Of a DNA stretch of 24,000 nucleotides, positions 1 through 10,580 are shown piece after piece. Positions within the stretch are counted from its first letter, which is position 1. The number at the start of each line of letters is the position of its first letter. The translations under genes were made by a program, and so were the position numbers. The DNA is from Pseudomonadota bacterium (GTDB lineage Bacteria > Pseudomonadota > Gammaproteobacteria > Pseudomonadales > Moraxellaceae). The notes under the pieces are model-generated. The model was not told the origin of the DNA and did not search any database. It was given only the letters and a program-made list of their open reading frames with translations. The stretch is from the NCBI GenBank assembly GCA_052034295.1, contig JBPOIS010000036.1, positions 4,394 through 28,393 of the forward strand, read 5' to 3'.

Positions 1-75
1 GCTCATGGCCACCTGAATATTGTCCGCAATGTCGTCAATAATCAGCAGGTGCGGTGAGCGGTCCATGGCAGGCAT
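1..75 (-). CDS. response-regulator receiver-domain protein, N-terminal 25 codons only (gene runs off the left edge)
   Basis: Reverse complement of 1-75 translates to MPAMDRSPHLLIIDDIADNIQVAMS. A hydrophobic strand followed by DD is the beta1/acidic-pocket pattern of CheY-like receivers. Only 25 codons are visible, and the Met at 66 is an alternative start. Confidence 0.4.
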   Translation of the reverse strand, partial: MPAMDRSPHLLIIDDIADNIQVAMS

Positions 76-257
76 CCAGTTTTTCTTATGCTTCACCCTG
101 TTTTAACCTGAACGCTTGGCCCTGCCAAGTGTTTTGATCGACTGATCTGTGCAGGCGGTCCGGCAATCCTGCACGATGTTAACACCCTGTTGCACTCTTG
201 TCCGTCCGGCTCGGGCATAATTCCGGCTTCTGTGCGTCACTGCTGGTCCTGCTTTCC

Positions 258-1391
258 ATGAACATTCCCCTGTCCGTGCTGTGGCAACACGCCCAGGCCC
301 AGCTGGGCCTGCTGTGGGTCCAGACGGCGACTGATCCGGTGGATGCCACCCGCAAGGTGCTCACCAACACTGCCGATGCCGCCAAGGATGCCAGTCTGGC
401 CGTGAAGGACAGCGTGGTGGACAAGGCCAATGAATACAAGGGCGTTTACACCTCCATCAACAGCATCATCAAGGCCTTTTGGGAACGCGTGCCCTATCTG
501 GCAATCGCGCTGGGGGTGTTTGTCCTGTTCTGGCTGCTGTCGCGGCTGTTCAAGAAAATTGTCCGCCGCATGCTGGCCCACCGCGCCCGCAAGCAGAATC
601 TGGTGCTGGCCCTGAACCGGCTGGGCAGTACCCTGATTGTGTTCATGGGCTTCATGATTGCCATGGTGGTGGCGATTCCGGGCTTTACCCCGGCGCAGCT
701 GATGAGCACGCTGGGGCTGGGTTCGCTGGCGATCGGCTTTGCCTTCAAGGACATCGTACAAAACCTGCTGTCTGGCATGATCATCCTGCTGTCAGAGCCG
801 TTCCGCATCGGCGACCAGATCATCACCGACAAGCACGAAGGCATCGTCGAGGACATCCAGATCCGCGCCACCTACCTGCGCACCTACGATGGGCGGCGCA
901 TCGTCATCCCCAATTCGCAGCTGTACACCAATGCCGTGACCGTCAACACCGCCTACCAGAACCGCCGGGTGCAGGTGCACATCGGCATTGGCCGCAGCGA
1001 TGATCCGGCCCACGCCAAGCAGGTGATTTATGAGGCGCTGCAACGCTGTCCCAGTGTGGCCCATGAGCAGCCCAAAACCATTGTCCTGACCGAACTGGGG
1101 GAAGACGGCAACCACCTGATGGTGCGCTGGTGGATCCAGACCTGTCGTCAGGTGGATGTGATCAGCTCCACCGATGAAGTGCTGTCGGCGATCCATGCCG
1201 GTCTGGCCCGTGCGGGCATCGCCCAGCCGGCCGCCAGTCCCGTACTGCTGGACGCCGAAGCGCCGGACGCGACCACCACCAGCCCGCGACCCGGCACGTC
1301 GGGTGCAGCACTGGCCACCGGCACCGCAGCCGCCAGTGTGGTGACCAATCGAGACCCCAGCGAAGACAGCACCCCCGAGTCTTCCAAATAA
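258..1391 (+). CDS. mechanosensitive ion channel, MscS family
   Basis: Frame of track ORF 198..1391. It has hydrophobic helices (YLAIALGVFVLFWLL, LIVFMGFMIAMVVAI, LGLGSLAIGFAF) followed by the MscS pore/beta-domain signature GFAFKDIVQNLLSGMIILLSEPFRIGDQI...GIVEDIQIRATYLRTYDGRRIVIPNS. The C-terminal tail is Ala/Thr/Pro-rich. Start is ambiguous: ATG 258 (MNIPLS) is preferred over TTG 198, and neither has a clear SD. Confidence 0.85.
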   Translation: MNIPLSVLWQHAQAQLGLLWVQTATDPVDATRKVLTNTADAAKDASLAVKDSVVDKANEYKGVYTSINSIIKAFWERVPYLAIALGVFVLFWLLSRLFKKIVRRMLAHRARKQNLVLALNRLGSTLIVFMGFMIAMVVAIPGFTPAQLMSTLGLGSLAIGFAFKDIVQNLLSGMIILLSEPFRIGDQIITDKHEGIVEDIQIRATYLRTYDGRRIVIPNSQLYTNAVTVNTAYQNRRVQVHIGIGRSDDPAHAKQVIYEALQRCPSVAHEQPKTIVLTELGEDGNHLMVRWWIQTCRQVDVISSTDEVLSAIHAGLARAGIAQPAASPVLLDAEAPDATTTSPRPGTSGAALATGTAAASVVTNRDPSEDSTPESSK

Positions 1392-1412
1392 AAACACCGG
1401 CCAGAGCCGGTG
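1390..1412 (-). terminator. intrinsic terminator between the convergent mscS-like gene and the small secreted-protein gene
   Basis: Hairpin CACCGGC-caga-GCCGGTG (1395-1412) is flanked by AAAAA at 1390-1394. On the minus strand this gives stem-loop + UUUUU directly after the 1433 stop. On the plus strand the hairpin follows the mscS-like stop at 1389-1391 but lacks a U-tract. Confidence 0.6.
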
Positions 1413-1432
1413 TCGGGAACCTGCCCTGCCGC

Positions 1433-1693
1433 TCAGGCGTGCGGGTGGGCCGGTGCAGTCACAGGGGCAGCGGGTTTGGCCGGGTGGGCGGCTGCCTTGT
1501 GGACGGCTGCCTTGTGGACGGCTGGTTTTTCAGCCTTGACCGCCGTGGCGACTGTAGCGGCCGGGGTGGTTTTGGCGGCCGTGGCCGACTGCACCACGGG
1601 CGCACCCGCCGGGGTTGCCGCAGGCGTTGCAGCCAGCGCAGCGCCGCTGGCCAGGAGGGAAATCACCGAAACAACAGACATCAATGCACGCAT
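1433..1693 (-). CDS. small secreted Ala/Pro/His-rich protein (hypothetical)
   Basis: Frame of track ORF 1433..1753, with start moved to ATG 1693 (MRALMSVVSVISLLASGAALAA-TPA). This gives a classic signal peptide with an A-x-A site; ATG 1681 is an alternative. The mature part is low complexity, with VHKAA repeats and an AHPHA C-terminus. Third-position GC is high and a terminator lies downstream. The opposite-strand ORF 1410..1745 has no such features. Confidence 0.55.
   Translation of the reverse strand: MRALMSVVSVISLLASGAALAATPAATPAGAPVVQSATAAKTTPAATVATAVKAEKPAVHKAAVHKAAAHPAKPAAPVTAPAHPHA
1490..1524. repeat. 15-bp perfect tandem repeat, about 2.3 copies (GGCTGCCTTGTGGAC)
   Basis: 1490-1504 and 1505-1519 are identical, and 1520-1524 repeats the first 5 nt. 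The repeat is in frame on the minus strand and encodes (VHKAA)2 inside the small secreted protein. Confidence 0.85.
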
Positions 1694-1919
1694 AAAGCAC
1701 CTGATCCATCCTACAGGATTCACCGGCTGCACAGGCCACCGTTGACACTGCATCGCACCGGGAATGGGCCCATCATGCGCTGCCCTCCGGGCCTTGGCCA
1801 GAGGGGCCCATGCGAATGCCCTGCTTATTCTTGTTTTTCACAAATCACAAGCCGAATCATGGGCTTAATATTTTAAGGCACAAGGTTTTTTTAAGAAAAA
1901 CCGCGGCCCTGACGCACGC

Positions 1920-3782
1920 TCACTCGTGCAGCACCTGGTACACCGTGCGCGCCAGGGTCCTGCCGATACCGGACACCGCAGCGATTTCGTTTTCGGAGGC
2001 ACTGAGCAACTGCTGGATCCCGCCAAAATGGGTCAGCAGGTCACGGCGGCGCTTCGGCCCCAGCCCCGGAATCAGCTCCAGCACCGACCCACCCCGGCGC
2101 TTGTCGCGCTTGGCCCGGTGCCGGGTGATGGCAAAGCGGTGCGCCTCATCGCGCACCTGCTGGATCAGGTGCAGCGCCTTGTGGTCCGGTTCCAGCTGCA
2201 GGCTGCGCCCATCGACCCAGTGCAGGGTTTCCAGCCCCGGCCTGCGGCCTTCGCCCTTGGACACGCCGAGCATCAGCGGATTCAGGCCCAGCTCGGCCAT
2301 CACCTCGCGGGCCATGCCCAGCTGGCCCTTGCCGCCATCAATCAGCAACAGGTCGGGCAGTGGCTGCTTGCTGTAGCGACGCTTCAGCGCTTGCCGCATG
2401 GCCGCGTAGTCGTCGCCGCCGGTGATGTCACTGATGCTGTACTGGCGGTAGTCGCGCTTGCGGGCGCCCCCCTGATCGAACACCACACACGAGGCCACCG
2501 TGGCCTCGCCCATGGTGTGGCTGATGTCGAAGCATTCGATCCGGTCAATCACCCAGCCCTGCAGGTCCCCGGCCAGCAAGTCCTGCAACAGCCGGAAACG
2601 CTCGCGCAGCTCCAGCTGGTTGCCCAGCCGGGCCTTCAGGGCGGTGCTGGCGTTGAGCTCGGCCAGCTCCAGCCAGTCGGCACGGGTCTCGCGCACCCGC
2701 GATTTCAGGCTGACTTTCTGGCCAAACTGCTCGGCCAGTGCCGCCTGTAGCGCCGCCTGATCCGGCAGTGCCACGCTGGTGATCAGCTCCTCCGGCAGCT
2801 CTTCGGCCAGCTGGAAATAAAAACTGGCCATGAATTCCGACAGCACCGCGCCGGCATCCTCGCGGACCGCCAGATCCGGAAAAAAATTCTTGCCGCCCAG
2901 CACCCGCCCACCGCGCACGGTCATCACGTGCACGCAGACCACACCCGCCTGCTGGGCAATCGCCAGAATGTCGGCTTCGCCCTTCAGGGTGTACACGGCC
3001 TGCTGTGACTGCACCTCGCGCAACAGGATCAGTTGATCGCGGTACAGGGCAGCCTTTTCAAAATCCAGCCCCTCGGACGCCGCCGCCATCATCCCGATCA
3101 GCTTCTGGTTCAGTTCGGTGCTTTCTCCGCGCAAAAAACGCCGGGTATTGTCCACGTCGCGGGCATAGTCCTCCGGTGACACCAGTCCGACACAGGGCGC
3201 ACGGCAGCGCTTGATCTGGTGCTCCAGACAGGGGCGCTTGCGCTGGGCAAAAAAACTGTTTTCACACTGGCGCACCTGAAACATTTTCTGCATCAGCAGC
3301 AGGGTTTCGCGGGCGGCATTGGCACTGGGGTATGGCCCAAAAAAATGTCCGCCTTCATGGTTGCGCCGGCCGCGACCCACCGCCAGCCGGGGGTAGGGCT
3401 GGTCGGCAGACAGGTAGACATACAGATAGGATTTGTCGTCGCGCAGCAGGATGTTGTAGGGCGGGCGGTGCTGTTTGATCAGGTTTTGCTCCAGCAGCAG
3501 CGCCTCGGTTTCACTGCGCACCACGATGGTCTCGAAGTGGCGGATGCGGGCCACCAGTGCCCGGGTCTTGGGGTGGTCGATGGTTTTGACAAAATAACTG
3601 GACACGCGGTTTTTCAGGTTTTTGGCCTTGCCCACGTACAGCAGCTCACCGTCCACCCCGATCATGCGGTACACGCCCGGCAGGTTGGGCAGCGTGGCGA
3701 GCAGCGCGCGCAGGTGCGCCTGTACCCGGTCGGGGTCGGCCTGGGCAATCAGCAAAACGGGATCAATGGACGGCGTGTTCAT
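1920..3782 (-). CDS. uvrC: excinuclease ABC subunit C (UvrC)
   Basis: 620-aa ORF. N-terminal GIY-YIG motif ([29 protein letters not shown]...PPYN), central UvrC/RNase-H-like region, and C-terminal (HhH)2 ([40 protein letters not shown]). Confidence 0.97.
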   Translation of the reverse strand: MNTPSIDPVLLIAQADPDRVQAHLRALLATLPNLPGVYRMIGVDGELLYVGKAKNLKNRVSSYFVKTIDHPKTRALVARIRHFETIVVRSETEALLLEQNLIKQHRPPYNILLRDDKSYLYVYLSADQPYPRLAVGRGRRNHEGGHFFGPYPSANAARETLLLMQKMFQVRQCENSFFAQRKRPCLEHQIKRCRAPCVGLVSPEDYARDVDNTRRFLRGESTELNQKLIGMMAAASEGLDFEKAALYRDQLILLREVQSQQAVYTLKGEADILAIAQQAGVVCVHVMTVRGGRVLGGKNFFPDLAVREDAGAVLSEFMASFYFQLAEELPEELITSVALPDQAALQAALAEQFGQKVSLKSRVRETRADWLELAELNASTALKARLGNQLELRERFRLLQDLLAGDLQGWVIDRIECFDISHTMGEATVASCVVFDQGGARKRDYRQYSISDITGGDDYAAMRQALKRRYSKQPLPDLLLIDGGKGQLGMAREVMAELGLNPLMLGVSKGEGRRPGLETLHWVDGRSLQLEPDHKALHLIQQVRDEAHRFAITRHRAKRDKRRGGSVLELIPGLGPKRRRDLLTHFGGIQQLLSASENEIAAVSGIGRTLARTVYQVLHE

Positions 3783-4006
3783 CTGCCGTTAATAAGGCTG
3801 TGGACGGGTAATTGCAAGCCGTGGGGCGCAGGGGTGCGATGCAGGCCGGTGGCGTTTTTGTGCACAAAGCCCAGCCCGGTTGACCGGTTCACCACACAGG
3901 GCGCAGCAGGTTTACGCAAACCAAACGCCGCTTTGCCACACGTGCACACGGTCAGGGCAATGGCTTGACCACAATGGGCCTTCTGTTGAGACGCTGGATG
4001 TTTCCC

Positions 4007-4540
4007 ATGAAAAAAACAACCCTGACCCTGCTGGGCGCTGCCCTGTCGCTGGCCGGTACGGCCCACGCCGCCGAAACTGCCGTGCTGGTAGATTCCGGTG
4101 CAGGCCGGGCACCGGTGGTGGTGACCACCCCGGCGGCCGTGCCCGTGGTGCCCAGTCCGGTACTGGCCAGCACCCCCGATGGAACCCCAGTGGTGGTGAC
4201 ACCCAGCCCGGCCCCCAGCACCACGGTGATCACCACTGCACCGGTGCAGCCCGCAGCGGCGGTGATCGTCGATGAAGGCACCCCGCAGATCGAGAGCCAT
4301 AGCGTGCAGACTGAACCGGGCACCACCCTGCGCACCACCACCGTGGCCCAGCCGGTGACCACCACCACGGTGACCGCGGACGGCACCACGGTGCAGAGCA
4401 CGGCCGTCAAGCGCACCACCACCACCCAGGTGACCCGCAAGCGCACCGTGACCCTGTCGCGCTCGCCCTATGTCTACAACAGTGTGTACCGGACCTATGC
4501 CCGCTACCACTGGAATGGCAAACGCTGGGTGTACCGCTGA
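4007..4540 (+). CDS. secreted Thr/Pro/Val-rich low-complexity protein (hypothetical)
   Basis: Frame of track ORF 3965..4540, with start moved to ATG 4007. The signal peptide is [23 protein letters not shown]. The mature part is dominated by T, P, V and A, and ends in the basic/aromatic tail [24 protein letters not shown] strong terminator follows. The antisense Gly/His-rich ORF 3779..4639 was rejected. Confidence 0.65.
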   Translation: MKKTTLTLLGAALSLAGTAHAAETAVLVDSGAGRAPVVVTTPAAVPVVPSPVLASTPDGTPVVVTPSPAPSTTVITTAPVQPAAAVIVDEGTPQIESHSVQTEPGTTLRTTTVAQPVTTTTVTADGTTVQSTAVKRTTTTQVTRKRTVTLSRSPYVYNSVYRTYARYHWNGKRWVYR

Positions 4541-4560
4541 ACCCGCGTGCCGCCCACCCA

Positions 4561-4586
4561 CCGGCCCGCTGGGCCGGTTTTTTTTT
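4561..4586 (+). terminator. Rho-independent terminator
   Basis: CCGGCCC-gct-GGGCCGG (4561-4577) followed by T9 (4578-4586), 20 nt after the stop at 4540. Confidence 0.85.
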
Positions 4587-4660
4587 GCCAAAAATCCACC
4601 GCTCTGCCGTGCCGAAACATTCGGTGACTGTCCCGTCATGGGCGTTTGGATTCACCCCTG

Positions 4661-4688
4661 TTGCCAAAGCAACAACATGCCGTACACT
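4661..4688 (+). promoter_or_regulatory. candidate sigma70 promoter for fadBA
   Basis: TTGCCA (4661-4666), 16-nt spacer, TACACT (4683-4688), about 75 nt upstream of the fadB ATG. Based on the sequence pattern only. Confidence 0.3.
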
Positions 4689-4701
4689 TGTGGCACTTTT
4701 T

Positions 4702-4737
4702 GCCAGCCGGATGGACCTGCGGCTGGTGGCTTTTTTT
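4702..4737 (+). terminator. terminator-like hairpin + T7 in the fadB leader (possible attenuator or 5'-UTR stem)
   Basis: CCAGCCG (4703-4709) pairs with CGGCTGG (4720-4726). Alternatively GCCA/TGGC (4702-4705/4727-4730) extends the stem. TTTTTTT follows at 4731-4737, 24 nt before the fadB ATG. Confidence 0.4.
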
Positions 4738-4761
4738 CCCTCCCAACAGGAGATTTCCGGC

Positions 4762-6927
4762 ATGATCTATCAAGGCAATGCCATCACCGTTTCGATGTTG
4801 TCGGACGGTATCGCAGAACTGCGTTTCGACCTGCAAGGCGAATCGGTCAACAAATTCAATCGCCCCACGGTCGAAGACCTCAAAGCGGCCACAGAAGCCC
4901 TGAAAAACAACAGCGACGTCAAAGGCCTGATCGTGACCTCCGGCAAGCCGGTGTTCATCGTCGGGGCTGACATCACCGAATTCGGCGACAACTTTGCCCA
5001 GGGTGAAGCCGCCATCGCAGAATGGCTCGGCCCGGTCAATGGCATTTTTTCCGCCTTTGAAGACCTGCCCTTCCCCACCGTGGCGGCCATCAACGGCATC
5101 GCTTTGGGTGGCGGCTTTGAAATGTGTCTGGCCTGCGACTACCGGGTGATGTCCACCGCCGCCAAGGTCGGCCTGCCGGAAGTCAAACTGGGCATTTTCC
5201 CCGGTTTCGGCGGCACCGTGCGCCTGCCGCGCGTGATTGGCGTGGACAATGCCATCGAGTGGATTGCCACCGGCGCCGAGCAGCGTCCGGAATCTGCCCT
5301 GAAAGTCGGTGCTGTGGATGCCGTCGTGGCCCCGGTACAGCTGGTCGATGCCGCCATTGCCCTGGTCAAACAGTGCATCGCCGGCAAGATCGACTACAAG
5401 GCCCGCCGCCAGGAAAAGCTCGACCCGGTCAAGCTGAACATGCTGGAACAAATGATGGCGCTGAACAGTGCCAAAGGCATGGTGCTGGCCAAGGCCAACC
5501 CGGCCCAGTATCCGGCCCCCAAACTGGTGCTGGACTCGCTGCAGCAGAGCATCAGCCAGCCGCGTGACGCCGCCCTGAAGGTCGAAAGCGAATACTTCGC
5601 CAAAGCCGCCGTCACCCCGCAGGCCGGTGCGCTGATTGGCCTGTTCATGAACGACCAGGTGGTCAAGAAAATGGCCAAGAAGTGGGAAAAACAATCCCAC
5701 CCGGTCAACCGCGCCGCTGTCCTGGGTGCTGGCATCATGGGGGGCGGCATCGCCTATCAGGCAGCCAGCAAGGGCCTGCCGATCATCATGAAGGACATCA
5801 ACACCAAGGCACTGGATCTGGGCTTTGGCGAAGCGTCCAAGCTGCTGTCCAAGCAAATCGAGCGTGGCAAGTCCACCCCGGCCAAGATGGCTGAAGTGCT
5901 GGGCCGCATCGACCGCACCCTGAGCTACAGCGATTTCAACAACGGCGACAGCGCCGTGGACATCGTCATCGAAGCCGTGGTCGAAAACCCGAAAGTCAAA
6001 CAGGCCGTGCTGTCGGAAGTCGAAGGTCTGGTCAAGGACAACTGCATCCTGGCCTCGAACACCTCGACCATTTCCATCACCCATCTGGCCCAGAGCCTGA
6101 AGCGTCCGGAAAACTTCGTCGGCATGCACTTCTTCAACCCCGTGCACATGATGCCGCTGGTTGAAGTCATCCGCGGTGAAAAATCCTCCGACGAAGCCAT
6201 CGCCACCACCGTGGTGCTGGCACAGAAAATGGGCAAGGTGCCGGTGGTGGTCAATGACTGCCCGGGCTTCCTGGTCAACCGCGTGCTGTTCCCGTACTTT
6301 GGCGCCTTTGACCTGCTGCTCAAGGACGGCGCGGACTTCCAGCAGATCGACAAGGTCATGGAAAAATTCGGCTGGCCGATGGGCCCGGCCTACCTGACCG
6401 ATGTGGTCGGCATCGACACCGGCGTGCATGGTGCGCACGTGATGGCCGAAGGTTTCCCGGACCGCATGAAACCGGACTACAAGGGCGCCATCGAGCTGAT
6501 GTATGACGCCAAGCGTCTGGGCCAGAAAAATGGCCAGGGCTTCTACCGCTACGAACTCGACAAGAAGGGCAAGCCCAAAAAAGTCGTCGATGCCGCAGCC
6601 TATGACGTCTTTGCCAGCAGTGTCACCGGTGAAAAACGCGCCTTTGACGACCAGGAAATCATCGACCGCATGATGCTGGCCTTCTGCAACGAAACCGTGC
6701 GCTGCCTGGAAGACAAGATCGTGGCCACCCCGGCTGAAGCCGACATGGCGATGATCATGGGCGTCGGCTTCCCCCCGTTCCGTGGCGGCCCGTGCCGTTA
6801 CATCGACCAGGTTGGTGTCGCCAGCTTCGTCGCCCTGTGTGACCAATACGCCCACCTGGGCAAAGCCTATGAAGCGCCGCAGATGCTGCGGGACATGGCT
6901 GCGGCCAACAAGAAGTTTTACGGTTAA
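4762..6927 (+). CDS. fadB: fatty-acid oxidation complex alpha subunit (enoyl-CoA hydratase / 3-hydroxyacyl-CoA dehydrogenase / epimerase), FadB
   Basis: Frame of track ORF 4585..6927. Start set at ATG 4762 ([33 protein letters not shown]), preceded by AGGAG at 4748-4752. N-terminal crotonase fold ([33 protein letters not shown]), central NAD Rossmann motif ([14 protein letters not shown]), and a 3-hydroxyacyl-CoA dehydrogenase C-domain. Directly followed by fadA. Confidence 0.97.
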   Translation: MIYQGNAITVSMLSDGIAELRFDLQGESVNKFNRPTVEDLKAATEALKNNSDVKGLIVTSGKPVFIVGADITEFGDNFAQGEAAIAEWLGPVNGIFSAFEDLPFPTVAAINGIALGGGFEMCLACDYRVMSTAAKVGLPEVKLGIFPGFGGTVRLPRVIGVDNAIEWIATGAEQRPESALKVGAVDAVVAPVQLVDAAIALVKQCIAGKIDYKARRQEKLDPVKLNMLEQMMALNSAKGMVLAKANPAQYPAPKLVLDSLQQSISQPRDAALKVESEYFAKAAVTPQAGALIGLFMNDQVVKKMAKKWEKQSHPVNRAAVLGAGIMGGGIAYQAASKGLPIIMKDINTKALDLGFGEASKLLSKQIERGKSTPAKMAEVLGRIDRTLSYSDFNNGDSAVDIVIEAVVENPKVKQAVLSEVEGLVKDNCILASNTSTISITHLAQSLKRPENFVGMHFFNPVHMMPLVEVIRGEKSSDEAIATTVVLAQKMGKVPVVVNDCPGFLVNRVLFPYFGAFDLLLKDGADFQQIDKVMEKFGWPMGPAYLTDVVGIDTGVHGAHVMAEGFPDRMKPDYKGAIELMYDAKRLGQKNGQGFYRYELDKKGKPKKVVDAAAYDVFASSVTGEKRAFDDQEIIDRMMLAFCNETVRCLEDKIVATPAEADMAMIMGVGFPPFRGGPCRYIDQVGVASFVALCDQYAHLGKAYEAPQMLRDMAAANKKFYG

Positions 6928-8115
<1,188 letters not shown>

Positions 8116-8130
8116 AAAAACACGCCAAAA

Positions 8131-8157
8131 ATCCCCGCCCGGTGCGGGGATTTTTTT
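8131..8157 (+). terminator. Rho-independent terminator of fadBA
   Basis: ATCCCCGC-ccggt-GCGGGGAT (8131-8151) followed by a T-run to 8157. Confidence 0.85.
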
Positions 8158-8304
8158 ATGCACGGGTGCGCACCATCGCGCCGGTGCAGCTACAGGCGCT
8201 TACGCCTGAAACACAGTCACAACGCGCCTTGCACAGCCCTTCGCTGGGCACAGGCCGGTAAACCGTTCAAGGTGAACCTGCCCTGCCCACCCAAGGAGCC
8301 AGCC

Positions 8305-9468
8305 ATGCGCGCCCTCACCTATCACGGTCCCAAAGACGTCCGCATCGACAACGTCGATGACCCCACCCTCCAGCAGGATGACGACATCATCCTGCGCGTC
8401 ACCGCCACCGCCATCTGCGGCTCTGACCTGCACCTGTACCGTGGCAAGATCCCCGCCACCGAGCAGGGCGATATTTTTGGCCATGAATTCATGGGCATCG
8501 TCGAAGAGGCTGGACCGGCCGTGACCGCCGTAAAAAAAGGCGACCGCGTGGTGGTCCCCTTTGTGATTGCCTGCGGCGAGTGCTTTTTTTGCCAGATGGA
8601 CCTGACCGCCGCCTGCGAAACCACCAACACCGGTCGCGGTTCGCTGGTCAATAAAAAGGGCATTCCGCCGGGGGCCGCCCTGTTTGGCTATTCGCACCTG
8701 TACGGGGGCGTGCCGGGTGGCCAGGCCGAGTATGTCCGCGTGCCCAAGGCCAACGCAGGCCCATTTAAAGTGCCCGGCTCGCTGTCCGATGAAAAAGTGC
8801 TGTTCCTGAGCGACATCCTGCCCACCGCCTGGCAGGCCGTGCAGAATGCCCAGGTCAAGAAGGGCAGTTCGGTGGCGATCTTTGGGGCGGGTCCAGTGGG
8901 CCTGCTCAGCGCGGCCTGTGCGCAAATGCTGGGCGCTGCACAGATTTTCATGGTCGATCACAACGGCTACCGGCTCGACTATGCACAAAAGACCTACGGG
9001 GCCATCCCGGTGAACTTTGATCAGGTGGACCCGGCCGAAACCATCATCCAGCAGACCGCCGGTCACCGGGGTGTGGATGCGGTGATTGATGCCATTGGCT
9101 TTGAGGCCAAGGGCAGCCTGATTGAAACCGTGCTGACCAACCTGAAGCTGGAGGGCTCCAGCGGCGCGGCCCTGCGCCAGTGCATGGCGGCGGTGCGCCG
9201 TGGCGGCGTGGTCAGTGTGCCGGGGGTGTATGCCGGGCCAATCCATGGCTTCCTGTTTGGTGATGCCTTCGACAAGGGCCTGACCTTCAAGATGGGCCAG
9301 ACCCATGTGCACCACCTGCTGCCGGAGCTGCTGCAACACATCGAAAATGGCGACCTCTCGCCCGAGGCCATCATCACCCACCGCATGAAGCTTGCCGATG
9401 CAGCCAAGGGCTATGAAATTTTTGAAAAACGCCAGGAAGAATGCCGCAAGGTGGTTCTGACGCCCTGA
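8305..9468 (+). CDS. zinc-dependent alcohol dehydrogenase family protein (formaldehyde/threonine dehydrogenase-like)
   Basis: Frame of track ORF 8158..9468. Start set at ATG 8305 ([14 protein letters not shown]), preceded by AAGGAG. Catalytic Zn motif CGSDLH...GHEFMG, structural Zn cysteines CGECFFCQ, and NAD-binding loop [10 protein letters not shown]. Confidence 0.9.
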   Translation: MRALTYHGPKDVRIDNVDDPTLQQDDDIILRVTATAICGSDLHLYRGKIPATEQGDIFGHEFMGIVEEAGPAVTAVKKGDRVVVPFVIACGECFFCQMDLTAACETTNTGRGSLVNKKGIPPGAALFGYSHLYGGVPGGQAEYVRVPKANAGPFKVPGSLSDEKVLFLSDILPTAWQAVQNAQVKKGSSVAIFGAGPVGLLSAACAQMLGAAQIFMVDHNGYRLDYAQKTYGAIPVNFDQVDPAETIIQQTAGHRGVDAVIDAIGFEAKGSLIETVLTNLKLEGSSGAALRQCMAAVRRGGVVSVPGVYAGPIHGFLFGDAFDKGLTFKMGQTHVHHLLPELLQHIENGDLSPEAIITHRMKLADAAKGYEIFEKRQEECRKVVLTP

Positions 9469-9485
9469 GCGATTTGAAATCCTTT

Positions 9486-9509
9486 CCCCGCTTCGGCGGG
9501 GATTTTTTT
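9486..9509 (+). terminator. Rho-independent terminator
   Basis: CCCCGC-ttcg-GCGGGG (9486-9501) followed by A + T7 (9502-9509). Confidence 0.85.
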
Positions 9510-9626
9510 GCCTGCCCAGAACCGCACGACACAACCTGTCCAGTCCGGTCGCTACAGTCCAGCAGAGTCTACAGGCCGGCCGTTGTTTTCCGGCTGCCCC
9601 ATGCACACCACAGATCGAGTACAACC

Positions 9627-10574
9627 ATGATGTCTTCAGGTCCTTTGACTGAACGCTTTGAACAACGGGTGATTTTCCGGCTGGCCCGCTGGCTGCCGCT
9701 GCTGCTGGGGGGGCTGGCCACCCTGGCGCTGATCGGTGCCGTGGTGGCCCTGCTGTATGCCGTCACCCCCACCCGAGAGCCCGCCGAGCCCAAGCCGGTC
9801 ACGCCGCCGGAACCGGTCCAGCTCAAACTGTCCGAGGTACAGCAGCACCTCGACACACCGGCCCAGCCCAACCCCACTGATGACGCTGAACCGGGCAGCC
9901 TGCCCAATGAAGACCAGCCCAGCGTGTCGGGACAGTCGCGCAGTGCCGCCCTGCAGGAATTCCTGAAAACTGTGGACGCCCTGCAGGCCCAGCTACAGCG
10001 CCATGGTCTGAGTCTGGTCAACCTCACCGAAACCCGCTGTGACAGCTATTATGACGACGGGAGCTGCGCCCACACCGCTGAGGTGGTGGTGACTGAAGCC
10101 CAGCAGGACCTTTTTCAGGTGCTCTCCCTGTACGATGTGGACTCCGAAAACAAGCCGCAGCGTCAGGATACTGCAGGTGGCCTCTACCTGACTGTGGCCG
10201 ATGATGACAGCCTGCCCACCAAAACCCGGGTCATGAAAGAGCTGATTGACATCCTCGCCCAGGCCAAATCCGCCGCTCAGGCCCAGCGCCTGCTGGACGG
10301 CTGGGTGGCCCTGCGCCGTGAACGTGAACACGCGCAGCGGCAGGCCTTTGTGCAGCAACAGGAAGCGCAGCAGGCCGCCTACGCCGAAGCGCTGCAAAAA
10401 CAGCACGACACCCAGACCAAAAAAGCCGAACTGCGCACCCAGTCGATGATGGCCATCGCCGGGGGGCTGTCCCTGCTGGTGTTCTGTGGGCTGGTGCTGG
10501 CGGTGATGGCCCTGGAGCGCCACAGCCGCGCCATGCAGGCCCTGCTGGCGCAGCGGGCCGGGTCACAGCCCTGA
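9627..10574 (+). CDS. hypothetical membrane protein (N- and C-terminal TM helices flanking an acidic, Gln/Ala-rich helical domain)
   Basis: Frame of track ORF 9441..10574, with start moved to ATG 9627 (MMSSGPLTERF), downstream of the preceding terminator. TM1 is LPLLLGGLATLALIGAVVALLYAV and TM2 is MMAIAGGLSLLVFCGLVLAVMAL. I do not recognise a family. Confidence 0.6.
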   Translation: MMSSGPLTERFEQRVIFRLARWLPLLLGGLATLALIGAVVALLYAVTPTREPAEPKPVTPPEPVQLKLSEVQQHLDTPAQPNPTDDAEPGSLPNEDQPSVSGQSRSAALQEFLKTVDALQAQLQRHGLSLVNLTETRCDSYYDDGSCAHTAEVVVTEAQQDLFQVLSLYDVDSENKPQRQDTAGGLYLTVADDDSLPTKTRVMKELIDILAQAKSAAQAQRLLDGWVALRREREHAQRQAFVQQQEAQQAAYAEALQKQHDTQTKKAELRTQSMMAIAGGLSLLVFCGLVLAVMALERHSRAMQALLAQRAGSQP

Positions 10575-10580
10575 ACCCCT

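Noticed and set aside
92-107. TTCACcctgttTTAAC, a near-cre tag between the response-regulator gene and the mscS-like gene
   Set aside because: It has one mismatch in the second half-site. A single degenerate hit is within chance expectation and has no supporting context.
1860-1905. A/T-only hairpin GGTTTTT-ttaag-AAAAACC downstream of uvrC as a terminator
   Set aside because: The stem is almost entirely A/T and has no proper U-tract in the minus-strand orientation. It may simply be AT-rich spacer or promoter DNA for the neighbouring small gene.
3779-4639. 286-aa minus-strand Gly/His/Arg-rich ORF
   Set aside because: It is antisense to the signal-peptide-bearing Thr/Pro-rich ORF, which has its own terminator. 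It also runs through that terminator and has no start context.
8200-9624. 474-aa minus-strand ORF
   Set aside because: It is antisense to the Zn-ADH gene and crosses that gene's terminator.
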